Shown here: piece by piece, positions 19,309-32,078 of the stretch | How the letters are laid out: the number at the start of each line of letters is the position of its first letter | Position numbering within the stretch: position 1 is the first letter of the stretch | Assembly (NCBI GenBank): GCA_965220085.1 | Contig: CBDCOZ010000003.1 | Location: 800,001 to 864,000, forward strand | Reading direction: 5' to 3' | Source of the DNA: Candidatus Oxydemutatoraceae bacterium | GTDB taxonomy: Bacteria; Pseudomonadota; Gammaproteobacteria; Poriferisulfidales; Oxydemutatoraceae | DNA length: 64,000 nucleotides | Made by a program: the position numbers and the translations under genes | Notes under the pieces: model-generated | Database searches by the model: none | What the model was told of the DNA's origin: nothing | The model's input: only the letters and a program-made list of their open reading frames with translations

Positions 19309-19341
19309 ACTTATCGTTCCAAGTATCTATATCAGTGCGGA

Positions 19342-20517
19342 TTATAGAACAGTTCCCAGATTAAATATCGGCAGATACATAGAAGCCACGATCCAGCCGA
19401 TAACAACGGCGGTTACCAGAATCAGAGCGGGCTCTGCCAGTTGGATGAGTTTGCCCGCATAATCCTCAATTTGATTGTTGTAATACTCCGTAATCTGTCG
19501 CAGGGCGCTCTCAAATTTGCCGCTGCTTTCGCCGACACTGATCATTTGCTCAAAGAACTTGCCGAATATTGCGGCGCTTTTGACGGATTCGTATAAGCTG
19601 CCGCCCCGCATCAGGTGTTCTTTGAGCCGGATGATTCTCTCAATGAATACCAGATTGGACGAGGTTTGCGGCAACCACGCCAGCGTCTGATCGATCGGAG
19701 TGCCCGCTTGGTAAGAGACTTTGACCAACATGGCAAACAGATATTGCAGGCGGGCTTTGTTCAATTTTCCGATCACCGGAAGCTCCAGCATCAGCCACGA
19801 GACGATGTAGCGCACAGAGCGTATCTGTCTGTAGAGCACGATCAGCGCTCCGAGCGACAGGGCGATGGAAGAGAACACAAGCGCGCCGTGTCGGATGATA
19901 AAGTCCGATGCTTGAATCGTAATTTGAGTGTACGGCGGAAGGTTCTCCGCGCCTTGATACAAGGCGGCGAATTGCGGCACCACGCTGGTAAGCAGCAACA
20001 CGCTGACACCCAGCGCGGTGCACAGCACGGTCAGCGGGTATATCGACGCCTTTTTCATTTTTGAAGCCACTTTTCGTTGCCGCTCTCTGTAGTCCGACAA
20101 GGCTTCCAGCAAAGGCACGATCTGTCCGCTGCTCTCGCCGACTTGCATGATGCGCGCGATAAATTGATTGCGCGGCTCCAGATGCGGTTCCAGACTTTGC
20201 GCGAGCGACTCGCCGCTTTCTATCCTGTTCCACACCTGTCGGAGTATGTGATGCAGTTCGCGCGGCGCTTGGCGGCGCAACAGGTTAAACACATCGGCCA
20301 AAGGCAGGTTGGCCCCGAGCAATGTCGCAAGTTGCATCAGCAGAAAGTCTATGTCTGCGGATTTCAGGACCTGCTTTGACCATACTCGCTTTGCTTTGAG
20401 CAAGATGATATCGCGCAAAGCGAGGTTCGTCTCCAACGCCTTTTTGTTGCGCGCAGTCTCCTCGCCGGAGACAGGTTCTCCGCTGACAGTCAGCCCTTTC
20501 CACTGAAAGAGTTTCAA
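19342..20517 (-). CDS. pilC: Type IV pilus platform protein (T2SS F family)
   Basis: Two GESSG motifs, KKASIYP, EP.LI, SMYLPIF; pilC-pilD-coaE synteny. Confidence 0.9.
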   Translation of the reverse strand: MKLFQWKGLTVSGEPVSGEETARNKKALETNLALRDIILLKAKRVWSKQVLKSADIDFLLMQLATLLGANLPLADVFNLLRRQAPRELHHILRQVWNRIESGESLAQSLEPHLEPRNQFIARIMQVGESSGQIVPLLEALSDYRERQRKVASKMKKASIYPLTVLCTALGVSVLLLTSVVPQFAALYQGAENLPPYTQITIQASDFIIRHGALVFSSIALSLGALIVLYRQIRSVRYIVSWLMLELPVIGKLNKARLQYLFAMLVKVSYQAGTPIDQTLAWLPQTSSNLVFIERIIRLKEHLMRGGSLYESVKSAAIFGKFFEQMISVGESSGKFESALRQITEYYNNQIEDYAGKLIQLAEPALILVTAVVIGWIVASMYLPIFNLGTVL

Positions 20518-20568
20518 TGCAAGCGACCGGGCGGCGCAGTGTTCCCGCTGCCGATACGGCTCCGGTGT

Positions 20569-20600
20569 GTGATGGCGGCGGTAGTTACCGCCGCCATCAC
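20569..20600 (-). terminator. Perfect 15-bp inverted repeat downstream of pilA (terminator or stabilising hairpin)
   Basis: gtgatggcggcggta-gt-taccgccgccatcac; no clear U-tract. Confidence 0.5.
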
Positions 20601-20727
20601 TGCCGCCGTCACTGGGTCGTGCCGGAGGTCGCCGTCACAGTCGGTGGTGTTAGCCACCGCCGCCACTATTGCTACCGCCATCGATTGAGGTTTCTTCTGA
20701 GCTAATCGCGCGACGCTTAATCTAAGG

Positions 20728-21213
20728 TCATGACTCGCTACCATCGGCTGGGGTTTCTTCTGAGCGACAGTTGGCCGGCAGGTACTCACCGCCTATATTA
20801 TCTGTTTCACCGTCTTCGGTGGTGGTGCAGTTCCATGTCAGCGTGCCATTACTCACTTCCGCTTCCAAAATGAGCACTGTGTTATTAAGGTCGGTGCTGA
20901 CTTGGTCGCTCAAAGTCATCTTCAATTGTCCTACACCACCGTCTTCTGCCGTACCATAGCTTACACCTTGGATGTACTCGGTCGAAAAATTAGTGGTGTT
21001 AATCCCGGCTGCAGCCGCATCGGCCGGAATCTTTCCGGTGTTCAGATAAGATTCCGCAATCAAAGTTTTGAACGAACTGGCGACGGTCAATGCCTCGGCA
21101 ATCTTCGCCCGTATTGTATAATTTTGATACGCGGGCACCGCCAGCGATAAAAGAATTCCGACGATAGCAATTGCAATCATCAGTTCAATCAAGGTAAATC
21201 CATTTTTTCGCAT
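20728..21213 (-). CDS. pilA: Type IVa major pilin
   Basis: G/FTLIELMIAIAIVGIL..LAVPAYQNY; C-terminal WNC...YLPANC disulfide loop; AGGAG RBS. Confidence 0.95.
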   Translation of the reverse strand: MRKNGFTLIELMIAIAIVGILLSLAVPAYQNYTIRAKIAEALTVASSFKTLIAESYLNTGKIPADAAAAGINTTNFSTEYIQGVSYGTAEDGGVGQLKMTLSDQVSTDLNNTVLILEAEVSNGTLTWNCTTTEDGETDNIGGEYLPANCRSEETPADGSES

Positions 21214-21321
21214 TGTGTTTTTCTCCTAAAAAATAGAATAATGAAGGTATTTTTCTCAAACAAACAGACTGGGTTCAAAGTATTTTTACCAGCGGTCGCT
21301 TTTTATGGATGAGGTGCGACA

Positions 21322-22929
21322 ATGAGTCTGAAAATCGCTGTGGCGCAACAAGATTTCACGGTCGGGGATGTGCGGGGGAATGCCGCAAAGATCATAGAGA
21401 CGGTACGCTTTTCGCGCAGCAAGAGGGCTGCCTTGGTTGTATTTCCGGAGTTGGCGGTGACGGGTTATCCGCCGGAGGATTTGCTCTTGCGCCGCGATTA
21501 CCTCGACGCGAGCGATCGCGCTATCCAACAGATTGCGGCCGAGGTCGGCGCGGGGATTGACGTGATCATCGGCGCGCCGATGCGCGAAGGGGAACATCTG
21601 TTTAATGCCGCGCTGCACATTGCCGATCATCGTATCGCCAATGTGTATCACAAGCGGAAGCTGCCGAACTACGAAGTATTTGACGAAAAGCGATACTTCA
21701 AAGAGGGGCATACGACCGGAGTCTTTGCCATAGGCGGTCACCGTTTGGGCGTGACGATCTGCGAAGACATTTGGGATGCGGCTGCCGCCGCGGACGCAAA
21801 GCGCGCAGGCGCGCAGTGCATCATAAATATCAACGCGTCTCCTTTTCACATTAAAAAGCAAGCGCAGCGCGATGCCATATTGCGCCTGCGTCATGCCGAG
21901 ACGGGCTTGCCGTTGGTATACGTCAATCTCGTCGGCGGACAGGACGAGTTGGTGTTTGACGGCAGTTCCGCCGCATTGAATCGGCATGGCAACAGCATCC
22001 TCAGGGCGCCGTCTTTTGAAGAGGGGGTCTATTTCTGTGACCCGTTTGCATCCGAGGCGCCGCCGCAAGAACCCGCCGCGGCAGAGATTGAATTGATTCG
22101 CCGCGCGTGTGTGACCGGCTTGGCCGATTACGTCTCAAAGAACAGTTTTGAAGGTTTGGCGGTCGGGTTGTCGGGCGGCATAGACTCGGCGGTCTCTTTG
22201 ATGATCGCGGTCGATGCGGTCGGCGCTAAGCGCGTGAAGGCGGTTACGATGCCATCGCCGTATACCGCGGCACAAGGGATAGAAGATTCCTACGCGCTGG
22301 CTCGCGCGTTGGGAACGGAGATGATTCAAGTCCCGATAAGCAAGGCTTTTGACTTGATGTGCCGCGAGTTGCGCGATGCTTGCGGCGACGGCTTAACGGG
22401 AACCGGCAAAGAGAATTTGCAAGCGCGCATCCGCGCCTGTTTTCTGATGGCGATTTCCAATCGCTATCGTCTGATGGTTGTCTCCACTTCCAACAAGAGC
22501 GAATTGGCGGTCGGCTACACAACCCTCTACGGCGACATGATAGGCGGCTACGCGCCGCTCAAAGACGTATTCAAGACGCAAGTCTATGAACTGGCGCATT
22601 ACTATAACCGCGAGCGCGCCGTGATTCCCGAAAACATGATTTGCCGTCCGCCATCGGCGGAATTAGCGCCGGGGCAGAAAGACAGCGACAGCTTGCCGCC
22701 GTATCCGTTGCTGGACCGGATACTGAAAGCGTTGATTGAGGACGAGGCGTCGTGCGCGGATCTGGCGGGCGAACAGTTTGACACGGACACGGTTCGCCGG
22801 GTGCGACAGATGATCGCGGACAGCGAGCACAAGCGGCGTCAAGGCGCGCCCGGCGTTAAGATCACCCCGCGCGCATTCGGCAAAGATCGGCGTTATCCGG
22901 TGAGTTGCCGGTTTGACTTTGCGTCATAG
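21322..22929 (+). CDS. nadE: Glutamine-dependent NAD+ synthetase
   Basis: Nitrilase domain (FPEL, LPNYEVFDEKRYF, ICEDIW) plus GLSGGIDS, ENLQARIR, NKSE. Confidence 0.96.
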   Translation: MSLKIAVAQQDFTVGDVRGNAAKIIETVRFSRSKRAALVVFPELAVTGYPPEDLLLRRDYLDASDRAIQQIAAEVGAGIDVIIGAPMREGEHLFNAALHIADHRIANVYHKRKLPNYEVFDEKRYFKEGHTTGVFAIGGHRLGVTICEDIWDAAAAADAKRAGAQCIININASPFHIKKQAQRDAILRLRHAETGLPLVYVNLVGGQDELVFDGSSAALNRHGNSILRAPSFEEGVYFCDPFASEAPPQEPAAAEIELIRRACVTGLADYVSKNSFEGLAVGLSGGIDSAVSLMIAVDAVGAKRVKAVTMPSPYTAAQGIEDSYALARALGTEMIQVPISKAFDLMCRELRDACGDGLTGTGKENLQARIRACFLMAISNRYRLMVVSTSNKSELAVGYTTLYGDMIGGYAPLKDVFKTQVYELAHYYNRERAVIPENMICRPPSAELAPGQKDSDSLPPYPLLDRILKALIEDEASCADLAGEQFDTDTVRRVRQMIADSEHKRRQGAPGVKITPRAFGKDRRYPVSCRFDFAS

Positions 22930-22951
22930 CGCCGCTCTGGCAACGACCCGG

Positions 22952-23797
22952 TTAGTTTATCTTCTCAAGTATGATATCGGACATATCCCGCGCGCCTTCC
23001 AACCAGGATTTTTGCTCCTCGCGACCGACTTGCGGAACATAGTCCATTTCTTTGTCCAGCATGTGCGGGTAATTCAGTTTCAGCACGCGCAAGGTGTCGC
23101 GCGCGAGGTCATGGCTGCCGATACGCTCGTATGCCGTCGCCATCAAATACAGACCGTCGGCTGTGTGCTGCGCCCCCTCATACTTCTCAAGCATATACTT
23201 GATGCGGTTGATGGTCGCGATATAACTGCCTTGTTCCAGATAAAAAGCGGCCACCCGAATTTCGTGTATCGCCAACATATTCCTCAGCACGACCAAGCGT
23301 TTTTTGGCGTCCGCGCGATAGGCGCTCTTCGGAAATTTGTTGTGGAGATCGGAGAAGGCGGCAAACGCCATCAGCAGCGACCCGGTGCTTTTGGCGCTCA
23401 TGTCGCGCGGGAGGATGTGGTGGAGCAATGTCTTGCCGCGGTTAAAGTGCGTGATTCCCTTGAGGTAATACGCATAGTCCAGATTGGGATCGCCGGGGTG
23501 GTTTTTGACGAAGCGGTCGGTCAGCGCGATGGTTTTCTCGCTCTCGCCGTTTTTGTAATTCGCATAGGCCGATTCCAGCAGGGCGCGGCGGGCGTATTTG
23601 CTGAACGGATACTTCTGTTCCAACTCCTCGTATTTTTCTATCGCGGAAGCATAATTGCTTCTGCGCAGGTGACCGTATGCCGTGTTGTATATCTTGGTCG
23701 CCGACTCGCTGACTTCGGGTTGATTCGACGAACACCCGCCGACAGCGACCGTCGTTATCGTCGCGAGTAAGATTCCGCTGAGGCTAAAATTTTTCAA
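22952..23797 (-). CDS. bamD: Outer membrane protein assembly factor BamD
   Basis: Lipobox GGC, YPFS.YA, TPR pattern, divergent from rluD. Confidence 0.93.
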   Translation of the reverse strand: MKNFSLSGILLATITTVAVGGCSSNQPEVSESATKIYNTAYGHLRRSNYASAIEKYEELEQKYPFSKYARRALLESAYANYKNGESEKTIALTDRFVKNHPGDPNLDYAYYLKGITHFNRGKTLLHHILPRDMSAKSTGSLLMAFAAFSDLHNKFPKSAYRADAKKRLVVLRNMLAIHEIRVAAFYLEQGSYIATINRIKYMLEKYEGAQHTADGLYLMATAYERIGSHDLARDTLRVLKLNYPHMLDKEMDYVPQVGREEQKSWLEGARDMSDIILEKIN

Positions 23798-23857
23798 GGT
23801 GCGCTAAAATCACGGGGTTTCCAATATTCCGATGACAAATTATAGCGGGTTAATAGA

Positions 23858-24814
23858 ATGGATGGCGATGCGATTTTGACCGAAACCATAAAAGAGGAAC
23901 ACGAAGGCCGCCGTCTGGATGTCGTGTTGGCAAATATTTTCTCCGATTATTCGCGAAGTTATTTGCGTAATTGCATCATCGGCGGGCGCGTATTGGTCGA
24001 TGGTCGCATCCTGCGCCCCCGGGACCGGGTGCGCAGCGGGTCGCAAATTGCCTTCGCCCCTCCCGCCGACAAAGCAACGGAAGCGGAAGCGGAAGCGTTG
24101 CCGTTTGTGATCGCTTATGAGGACGACGACTTGCTGGTTGTGAACAAAGCGGTCGGCGTGGTCGTGCATCCGGCGCCGGGGCATCCAAGCGGCACGTTGC
24201 TAAACGGCTTGTTGCATTATTGTCCGGCATTGGCCGAGCTTCCGCGCGGCGGCATCATTCACCGCCTTGACAAAGACACCAGCGGTTTGTTGGTGATTGC
24301 CAAAACGCACAAGTCGCACAAGTCCTTGGTCGAGCAATTGCGCAAGCGGGATATGGAGAGGCATTATTTTGCGATCGCATGGGGGACGGTGACGACCGGG
24401 GGCAAAGTGGACGCTCCGATCGGGCGTTGCCGGCATGACCGCAAACGCATGGCCGTAGTTAGCAACGGGCGCGATGCCTTGACCCATTATCGCGTGCTTG
24501 AGAGGTTCGCGGCGCATACGGCGCTCGGTGTGCGGCTGGCAAGCGGGCGCACCCACCAGATTCGGGCGCATCTCTCGCACATCAAACACCCGCTTGTCGG
24601 CGATGCGGTTTATGGCGGCCAGTTCAGGGCGATCGCCGGCTGGTCGCGGGATGATCTGGAGCGGTTGCGGCGGTTTAATCGCCAAGCGTTGCACGCCCGC
24701 CGCTTGCTGCTGACACACCCGGTGACAAACAGAATCTGCGAATGGGAGGCGCCGTTGCCGGATGATATGCTTTCGTTGCTCGCGTTGCTCGGAAGCAAAG
24801 ACAATGCCGGATAG
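23858..24814 (+). CDS. rluD: 23S rRNA pseudouridine synthase RluD
   Basis: S4 domain, VVHPAPGH, HRLDKDTSGLLV, GRTHQIR. Confidence 0.96.
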   Translation: MDGDAILTETIKEEHEGRRLDVVLANIFSDYSRSYLRNCIIGGRVLVDGRILRPRDRVRSGSQIAFAPPADKATEAEAEALPFVIAYEDDDLLVVNKAVGVVVHPAPGHPSGTLLNGLLHYCPALAELPRGGIIHRLDKDTSGLLVIAKTHKSHKSLVEQLRKRDMERHYFAIAWGTVTTGGKVDAPIGRCRHDRKRMAVVSNGRDALTHYRVLERFAAHTALGVRLASGRTHQIRAHLSHIKHPLVGDAVYGGQFRAIAGWSRDDLERLRRFNRQALHARRLLLTHPVTNRICEWEAPLPDDMLSLLALLGSKDNAG

Positions 24815-25562
24815 AATTGACCGGGGCTTTTTGTATCCGAACAAACGGCTGCCGCAAGGGGCGAACATGGTTGTGACGACCCGTATCGGCGGCTTCAGCA
24901 AGCCGCCTTTTGCCGGCTTGAACTTGTCCGATCGGGTCGGAGACGAAACCGCTGCGGTGCAAAAGAATCGCCGCTACCTGCGCCGCGCATTAAACTTGCC
25001 GACCGAACCCGTATGGCCGAAGCAGCGGCATGGCGCCGATGTCTTCGTCGCCGATTCCGCCGCCGCGAATCCTGTCGCCGATGCCACGATTGCGTTTGCG
25101 CCCGGGCTTGTGTGCGCGGTGACGGCGGCCGATTGCTTGCCGATTTTGCTTTGCGATAAGCGGGCGCGACGGGTGGCGGCTATCCACGCCGGTTGGCGCG
25201 GGCTTGCGGCCGGCGTCATCGAGCGCACCGCAGAAGCGCTTCGCGCTCGGCCGCATGATGTCATCGCCTGGCTGGGGCCGGCGATCGGCCCCGATGCGTT
25301 TCGGGTCGGCGATGAGGTGCGCGATGTGTTTGTGGCGGATGACAAGCGCGCCGCGCTCGCATTTGTGCCCGACAATGCCGGTCGCTGGATGGCGAACATC
25401 TATCAACTCGCGCGGCTGCGTCTTGAGCGGCTCGGAATTGCGGACATAAGCGGCGGCTTTCACTGTACGTATCACGACAGCAAACATTTCTATTCGTATC
25501 GGCGCTCCGCCCGCACCGGCCGCATGGCGGCGCTCGTTTGGATTGACGCGCGAGGCGGTTGA
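24804..25562 (+). CDS. pgeF: PgeF/YfiH peptidoglycan-editing (laccase-like) protein
   Basis: TTR.GG.S, ADCLPIL, IHAGWRG, LGPAIG, FYSYRR...TGRM. Confidence 0.93.
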   Translation: MPDRIDRGFLYPNKRLPQGANMVVTTRIGGFSKPPFAGLNLSDRVGDETAAVQKNRRYLRRALNLPTEPVWPKQRHGADVFVADSAAANPVADATIAFAPGLVCAVTAADCLPILLCDKRARRVAAIHAGWRGLAAGVIERTAEALRARPHDVIAWLGPAIGPDAFRVGDEVRDVFVADDKRAALAFVPDNAGRWMANIYQLARLRLERLGIADISGGFHCTYHDSKHFYSYRRSARTGRMAALVWIDARGG

Positions 25563-25634
25563 TCACAACCGCGTGATCGCAAGGAGACTTGAAATTGCTC
25601 CGCCCGCCCATACATATCCGAATGAGGGCAGAAC

Positions 25635-28217
<2,583 letters not shown>

Positions 28218-28234
28218 GCGACGGCTCCGTGCGC

Positions 28235-28765
28235 TCAGCCCATAAAGGGCAGGCCGTGCCCCATGCCGCCGCCGACCATGCACATGAGCATGGGAATAGA
28301 CAGCAGGGTATTGGCGCGCGATGCCATCAGCGCGACTTTCTTAGCCGAAGCCTTCTCCGCATCGCTCGCCTGTTTGCCGCCGAGTCCGAGAATCTTCTTT
28401 TGATTCGGCCATATCAGCGCCCAGACATTGAACAGCATGATGGTGCCGAGCCAAGCGCCGACTCCGATTACCCGCAACCCTTCGTCGAGGGCAAAGGCGC
28501 CGTGCAGTCCGCCGCTATCGCGCCAGATGATTTCCAGCGCGGCGGCGCCGGTCAGCCAGGTCAGCAGCGCCGAATAGCGAAACCATGCCAGCGCGCACGG
28601 CGCGACATACTTGTTGATCGCGGCGGGCCCGGGACTGCCGTCCTGTGTCGCCTGCGCGACCGCCGGAACCTGTACGAAGTTGAAGTAATAGAGCAGTCCG
28701 ATCCAGACTATGCCGACCAGCACATGCAACCAAACGATGAGTGCGTTCATATTAAGCCAATCCAT
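28235..28765 (-). CDS. Urate hydroxylase PuuD N-terminal-domain family membrane protein
   Basis: WLHV..GIVWIGLLYYFNFVQ, WFRYSA, GTIMLFNVWALIWPNQKKILG, SR.NT.LSIPM; GGAGG RBS. Confidence 0.8.
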   Translation of the reverse strand: MDWLNMNALIVWLHVLVGIVWIGLLYYFNFVQVPAVAQATQDGSPGPAAINKYVAPCALAWFRYSALLTWLTGAAALEIIWRDSGGLHGAFALDEGLRVIGVGAWLGTIMLFNVWALIWPNQKKILGLGGKQASDAEKASAKKVALMASRANTLLSIPMLMCMVGGGMGHGLPFMG

Positions 28766-28804
28766 TTGTGCCTCCTTTGTTGTGACGAGAATGAGCGGCA
28801 AATA

Positions 28805-28882
28805 TCATAACAGTACGGATATTATTATTGCCAGAATAAAGCCGCTTACGATAGTATAAAAAACCGAATTAAGTGGGTTCAT
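28805..28882 (-). CDS. 25-aa single-TM small protein MNPLNSVFYTIVSGFILAIIISVLL
   Basis: AAGGAG RBS upstream; hydrophobic; not in the ORF track. Confidence 0.55.
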   Translation of the reverse strand: MNPLNSVFYTIVSGFILAIIISVLL

Positions 28883-29040
28883 AACATCTCTCCTTATTGT
28901 GCGGTATCCGCTGTGCGGATTCCCAAAATAGTGTGGCTCAAGTATATACCAAGTAAACGACATATTAAATTTCGGTATAATCTCGATACCGTGTTTTTAT
29001 TGCGAATCACGGTAAAATTACGGATTTTCGGGAGCCAAAA

Positions 29041-30585
29041 GTGGGGCCAATTGAACTAAGCTTGTTTGCCAGCCGTTTGGACGGCATTTGCGAGGAGATG
29101 GGGACGCATCTGCGGTGCGCCGCCTTTTCGGTCAACATTCGCGACCGTCTCGACTACTCGTGCGCCGTGTTTGACGCCGACGGCAAGTTGCTGGCGCAAG
29201 CGGCCGACATACCGGTGCACCTCGGCAGCATGGCGTATGCGATGCGCGGCGTTGTCAAACGCTTCGCTTGGTCGCCCGGCGATGCGGCGGTGTTCAACGA
29301 TCCGTATGCCGGCGGCACCCACCTCCCCGATGTCACGTTATTGGCGCCCGTTTTTCATGACGATTGTTTGTGCGGTTTTGTCGCCAACCGCGCGCACCAT
29401 GCGGATATCGGCGCCGACGCGCCGGGCGGCATGCCCTTGTCGTCGCGTCTTGAGCAAGAGGGCATCATCATCAAACCGCAATACCTGATCAAAGGCGGCG
29501 TCTTGGACGACAGTCTGCTCGAGTCTTTTGTCGCCGACTCGCGCAGCCCGGATGACGAACGCGGCGATTATCTGGCGCAGATCAGCGCGAATCGCATCGG
29601 CGCCGCGCGCCTTTGCGAGGTCATCGACGGCATAGGGGAGCGCGCGTGGTTTGACGCGCAGAGCCGGCTAAACCGCTACGGGCGGCAGTTTGCCCGCGCG
29701 GTTGTCGCCAAAATACCGGATGGCGAGTATCGCTTTTCCGATGTGATGGATGACGATGGCTTCGGTCATGCCGATATTCGCATCTGCGTGGCTTTGCGCA
29801 TAAAAGGAACGGCCATCACGGTGGATTTTGACGGCACATCGGATCAGGTGGAAGGCAACATCAACTGCCCCGAAGCGGTGACGGTCGCGGCGGTCTATTA
29901 TGTGTTTCGTTGCCTGCTGCCGGCGTATGCGCCGACTTGTCAGGGCATATTCTCGTTGCTTTCCATCCGCGTCCCCGAAGGTTGTTTTCTGCGCGCGAGC
30001 GATGGTTGCGCGGTTGTCGCGGGCAATACCGAGACCAGTCAGCGGGTGGTGGATTGCCTGCTCGGGGCCTTGGCCGAGGCCTTGCCGCACAAAGCGGTCG
30101 CAGCCAGTCAGGGCACGATGAACAATATTGCGATGGGCAATGCGGGCGCGGACACCGATGCGTGGTCTTATTACGAGACGGTGGGCGGCGGCATGGGCGG
30201 CGGCGAAGGTTTTTGCGGGCATTCCGCCGTACAGACGCATATGACGAACACCTTCAATACGCCGGCGGAGGTTCTGGAGATGAAGTATCCGCTGCGGATT
30301 CGCTCGTATCGCATCCGCCGCGCTTCCGGCGGCGGCGGACGCTTTGCCGGCGGCGACGGTCTGGCGCGCGAATTTGAATTGCTGGCGCCGACTCAATGTA
30401 CGGTACTGACCGACCGGCGACGCCATGCGCCGTGGGGGGGCGCGGGCGGCGGCGACGGATTGCCGGGACGTAACTTTTTCAACGGCGAAGAAGTCGCGGG
30501 CAAGGTATCCGTCATCGCCGCCCAAGGCGATCGCCTGCGCATTGAAACCCCCGGCGGAGGCGGCTGGGGGAAAGTCGAGACATAG
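29041..30585 (+). CDS. Hydantoinase B / 5-oxoprolinase B subunit family protein
   Basis: NIRDRLDYSCA, IPVHLGSM, NDPYAGGTHLPD, SQGTMNN, TPGGGGWG. Confidence 0.93.
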   Translation: MGPIELSLFASRLDGICEEMGTHLRCAAFSVNIRDRLDYSCAVFDADGKLLAQAADIPVHLGSMAYAMRGVVKRFAWSPGDAAVFNDPYAGGTHLPDVTLLAPVFHDDCLCGFVANRAHHADIGADAPGGMPLSSRLEQEGIIIKPQYLIKGGVLDDSLLESFVADSRSPDDERGDYLAQISANRIGAARLCEVIDGIGERAWFDAQSRLNRYGRQFARAVVAKIPDGEYRFSDVMDDDGFGHADIRICVALRIKGTAITVDFDGTSDQVEGNINCPEAVTVAAVYYVFRCLLPAYAPTCQGIFSLLSIRVPEGCFLRASDGCAVVAGNTETSQRVVDCLLGALAEALPHKAVAASQGTMNNIAMGNAGADTDAWSYYETVGGGMGGGEGFCGHSAVQTHMTNTFNTPAEVLEMKYPLRIRSYRIRRASGGGGRFAGGDGLAREFELLAPTQCTVLTDRRRHAPWGGAGGGDGLPGRNFFNGEEVAGKVSVIAAQGDRLRIETPGGGGWGKVET

Positions 30586-30596
30586 CGGGGCGGCCG

Positions 30597-32078
30597 ATGG
30601 AAGCTCTTTATACCGCGCGGCAAAGTCGCGAGATCGATCGCAGCGTAATCAAAGACACGCCCATTGACGGCTACGCGCTGATGTGTCGCGCCGGCGAAGC
30701 GTGTCGCAAACACTTGATGGCGCGCTGGCCGCGGACACAGCGCGTGATAGCGTATGCGGGAAGCGGCAACAACGGCGGCGATGCGTATGTCATCGCGCGC
30801 CTGTTGCGCGAGGCCGGCGTGTCGGCGCGCGCGGCGGCAATCGGCGCGCCGCAAGACTTGCGCGGCGAAGCCGCGCGAGCGCATGCCGACTATGTCGATG
30901 CCGGCGGCGAGATGACGACCGTGTCGGATGCGCGGTCGGCTGATGCGGATGTCGTCATCGACGGCGTGTTCGGCAGCGGTTTGTCGCGTCCCTTGTCCGC
31001 CGACCTGTGCGCCGTGATAGAAGCGATGAATCAAACGCCCGCAAAACGTTTTGCGATCGATATTCCTTCCGGCTTGAGCGCGGATACGGGTTGCCCGCTG
31101 CCTGTGGCGGCGGTCGCGGACATGACCGTGTCATTGATCACCCGCAAGCAAGGGCTTTACACGGGCGCGGCAAAAGACTTTTGCGGCGAGTTGGTGTTTG
31201 ACGATTTGCAAGCGCGAGCGGAGACTTTTGAAGCGCCCTCGGCGCGCTTGACAAGTTACCTTGATTGCAAGCGCTTTTTTGCGCCGCGCAAAGCGGACAC
31301 GCACAAAGGCATGTTTGGCCGCTTGTTGATCGTCGGCGGCGATTACGGGATGGCCGGCGCGGTGTGTTTGGCCGGACTCGCCGCGTTGCGCGCCGGCGCC
31401 GGACTCGTAACCTGCGCCACCCGTCCCGAACACGCGCGGCACATCGGCGTGGCGCACCCCGAGCTGATGACATGCGGCGTATCCGCCGCCGCTGAGTTGG
31501 ACTCAGCTTTGCAACGCGCGACCGCGGTGGCGTTGGGCCCCGGTTTGGGGCGGGGCGCTTGGGGCGAAAGTCTGTTTGACCGAGTGGCGCAATGCGAGGC
31601 GCCGGTCATAGCGGATGCCGATGCGCTGCGCATTCTCTCCGAGAAGAAAAAACTGCCCGAGGCGGGACGATGGATACTGACGCCCCACCCCGGCGAAGCC
31701 GCCGCCTTGCTCGGCTTGTCTGCCGCGCAGGTGCAGGCTGATCGATTCGCGGCGTTGGCCGCATTGCGCGCGCGCTATGCGGCGACTCCCGTTTTGAAAG
31801 GAGCGGGCACGCTGATTGCGGCGAACGAGCAAGCGTTGATCTGCGACGGCGGCAATTCGGGCATGTCGAGCGCGGGCATGGGGGATGTATTGAGCGGCGT
31901 TTTGGGCGGATTGGTCGCGCAGGGGATGCCGCCCGATGATGCGGCCATCGCCGCGGTATGCATTCACGCACAAGCCGGGGACTGCGCCGCGAGCGCCAAG
32001 CCGCGCGGTTTGATCGCAAGCGATCTATTGCCGCTGATTCGCGATTGCATAAACGCTTTGGTTGACAGTGGCGGTTAA
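30597..32078 (+). CDS. nnr: Bifunctional NAD(P)H-hydrate epimerase/dehydratase
   Basis: GSGNNGGD, IDIPSGL, THKG.FG, GPGLG, LTPHPGEA, GMGDVLSG. Confidence 0.95.
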   Translation: MEALYTARQSREIDRSVIKDTPIDGYALMCRAGEACRKHLMARWPRTQRVIAYAGSGNNGGDAYVIARLLREAGVSARAAAIGAPQDLRGEAARAHADYVDAGGEMTTVSDARSADADVVIDGVFGSGLSRPLSADLCAVIEAMNQTPAKRFAIDIPSGLSADTGCPLPVAAVADMTVSLITRKQGLYTGAAKDFCGELVFDDLQARAETFEAPSARLTSYLDCKRFFAPRKADTHKGMFGRLLIVGGDYGMAGAVCLAGLAALRAGAGLVTCATRPEHARHIGVAHPELMTCGVSAAAELDSALQRATAVALGPGLGRGAWGESLFDRVAQCEAPVIADADALRILSEKKKLPEAGRWILTPHPGEAAALLGLSAAQVQADRFAALAALRARYAATPVLKGAGTLIAANEQALICDGGNSGMSSAGMGDVLSGVLGGLVAQGMPPDDAAIAAVCIHAQAGDCAASAKPRGLIASDLLPLIRDCINALVDSGG

